Below are positions 62,735-64,000 of a stretch of 64,000 nt of DNA, piece after piece. The translations under genes were made by a program, and so were the position numbers. Source of the DNA: Myxococcota bacterium (GTDB lineage Bacteria; Myxococcota_A; UBA9160; JAFDDA01). The notes beneath the pieces were generated by a model. That model saw only the letters and a list, made by a program, of their open reading frames with translations. It did not search any database and was not told the origin of the DNA. The stretch covers positions 2,516,209-2,580,208 of the forward strand of contig OZ245817.1 in the NCBI GenBank assembly GCA_965228475.1, read 5' to 3'. The first letter of the stretch is position 1, and every line of letters begins with the position of its first letter.

Positions 62735-64000
62735 TCAGCTCCCGGCCGCACGCAGGCGGCACGGGACGTAGCGGTGGTGGGGAATGCCGGTGAAGGGGTC
62801 GCGGTCCGCGGCGTCGGTCAGCTCGTTCAGGTTCAGGCCGTCGACGGCGACGTCGCCGGAAGCGCTCGAGTGGACCATGCCGAAGCCGTTCGGCACCCAG
62901 ACGTGGCCGCGCCGCAGCTTCGCGTCGAGGGCCAGCGGCAGCTCTGCAGCACCCCGGCGCGTCTCGAGGACGACTTCCTCGCCGGCGTCGAGGCCGAGCT
63001 GGGCCGCGTCGTCCGGGTGGACGCTCACGGTGCAGTGCGGCCCGCGGCCCTTGCGCCAGTTCGGGTCGCGCTGGATCAGGTTCGCCGTCCAGCGCGTGCG
63101 CAGACCGGCGGCCAGGACGAAGGGATACTCCGGGTCCTCTTCGAGGCTCGCGTCGAGGGCGCGGCCGATCTCGGGCATCACGGCCTCGGGTGCGAGGCGG
63201 ATCTTGCCGTCGCTGTGGCCCACGTGGTCCGAGAGCGCGTCCTCCTCGTTGGCCCGGGCGATCGCGACGCCCTCGGGGTGCTCGAGGATGCGCCGGAAGA
63301 GTTCGTTCCCTATGGCGAAGGGGTTCTCGTCCGCGAAGTCCGGGCCGAGCTCCCGCAGGACGCTCTCGCGCCGCATCATCGCGTTCAGGTGGCACTGGGC
63401 CCAGATCCCGGCCAGGGCCGGAGAAGGCAGGTGCGGCCCGACGGTCCGGTAGGCCCAGAAGATCATCGCGTTCTCGCCCGCCTCGGCGGACTTCTCACGC
63501 GCCGTCGCGAGCCAGCGCATGGCGGCAGCCGGATCCTCGGTGGCGGTCTTGCCGAGTTCGAAGAGCTCCTCGGCGGGCTCGCCGAAGAGGTCGAGGGCCG
63601 AAACCAGCCGCGCGTAGATCTCCGGCTCGGGCAGCGCCTCGGGCGGCCCCGCGACGACCGGCGGCCGCACCTGGACGTGCACCTCCGGCCAGCCCTTCGG
63701 GAAGAGCGCCATCTCCCACTTCTCGTAGCCGACCGGGGTCGGCAGCACGTAGTCGGCCAGGCGCGCGGTCTCGGTCATGGCCGGGTCGATCACCACCACG
63801 AGGTCGAGCTTCGCGAAGGCCTCGCGCCAGCGCGGCGCATCGGAGAAGGAGAGCAGCGGGTTCGAGCCCTCGACGACGACCGCCCGGATGCGTTCGGGGT
63901 GGTCGATCATCACCTCTTCCGGGAACAGGTTCGGCGAGAACATGCCGGCGTTGCCGAGCGCGCGGATGGCGGGGATGCCCGAAACGAGGGCCCGCTCGGG
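62735..64000 (-). CDS. Molybdopterin-dependent oxidoreductase, C-terminal part (N-terminus lies beyond the window)
   Basis: The frame stays open to nt 64000 (…PERALVSGIPAIRALGNAGMFSPN…). RAVVVEGSNPLLS, LDLVVVIDPAMTETARLADYVLP and the C-terminal VSVHPDDAAQLGLDAGEEVVLETRRG...LRRGHVWVPNGFG are typical of the molybdopterin and dinucleotide-binding domains. Confidence 0.8.
   Translation of the reverse strand, partial: PERALVSGIPAIRALGNAGMFSPNLFPEEVMIDHPERIRAVVVEGSNPLLSFSDAPRWREAFAKLDLVVVIDPAMTETARLADYVLPTPVGYEKWEMALFPKGWPEVHVQVRPPVVAGPPEALPEPEIYARLVSALDLFGEPAEELFELGKTATEDPAAAMRWLATAREKSAEAGENAMIFWAYRTVGPHLPSPALAGIWAQCHLNAMMRRESVLRELGPDFADENPFAIGNELFRRILEHPEGVAIARANEEDALSDHVGHSDGKIRLAPEAVMPEIGRALDASLEEDPEYPFVLAAGLRTRWTANLIQRDPNWRKGRGPHCTVSVHPDDAAQLGLDAGEEVVLETRRGAAELPLALDAKLRRGHVWVPNGFGMVHSSASGDVAVDGLNLNELTDAADRDPFTGIPHHRYVPCRLRAAGS

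Noticed and set aside
1-64000. Mobile elements, prophage genes, CRISPR-Cas, restriction-modification or other recognisable defence systems
   Set aside because: I found no transposase, integrase, recombinase, terminal inverted repeats bounding a gene, Cas-like, helicase-nuclease or toxin-antitoxin signatures in any credible frame. The dGTPase-like gene sits in a housekeeping-looking string and is not by itself evidence of a defence locus.

Overview
This is a very GC-rich (judged by eye, not computed) bacterial chromosomal segment, densely coding on both strands. I can support about 55 CDS, one tRNA-Glu(UUC) and one cobalamin riboswitch. I saw no rRNA, CRISPR array, transposase or integrase. 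Gram-negative hallmarks are present: a TonB-dependent receptor, a TonB-C protein, many lipobox lipoproteins and an exosortase. Because of the GC content the six-frame track is full of long Arg/Gly/Pro-rich shadow ORFs. I kept only frames with recognisable family signatures or credible signal peptides and gene junctions, and many starts were moved inward from the track coordinates.

Most of the content is housekeeping or metabolic: QueE, CutA, a dGTPase-like protein, a class-V aminotransferase, MiaE, hydrolases, an AKR-GMC oxidoreductase operon, an APC permease, a TetR regulator, an SLT transglycosylase, an AlkB-like membrane hydroxylase, enoyl-CoA hydratase, an AlkA-like glycosylase, SerC, a cation/H+ antiporter and a molybdopterin oxidoreductase fragment.

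The regions most worth a second look are:
- **Exosortase island (about 21.9-32.3 kb).** A 1351-aa multi-propeller secreted protein carries an internal sorting-signal-like module plus a terminal PEP-CTERM. It appears co-transcribed with an SxtI/J/K-like carbamoyltransferase triad, and it faces an exosortase/EpsI-like pair.
- **STT3/AglB-like oligosaccharyltransferase cluster (44.6-49.6 kb).** The transferase has a degenerate WWDYG motif. It sits with a polyprenyl-phosphate GT2, a methyltransferase and a degenerate AAA+ protein.
- **Zn-ribbon / SPFH-GYF / lipoprotein operon (18.0-20.5 kb).**
- **YfiR-like gene translationally coupled to a chemoreceptor (49.6-52.3 kb).** Next to it lie a TPR lipoprotein and a beta-propeller/cytochrome-c-peroxidase-like fusion whose promoter carries three 17-nt tandem repeats.
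- **A 943-aa protein with a roughly 230-aa RG/acidic disordered core (1.1-3.9 kb).**
- **Non-coding signals.** These are a tandem triple-hairpin array, duplicated stop/start junctions, and a recurrent TAnnnT hexamer 6-8 nt upstream of start codons that lack a Shine-Dalgarno (SD) sequence, which suggests leaderless mRNAs.

All family assignments come from motif recognition by eye, not from database searches.
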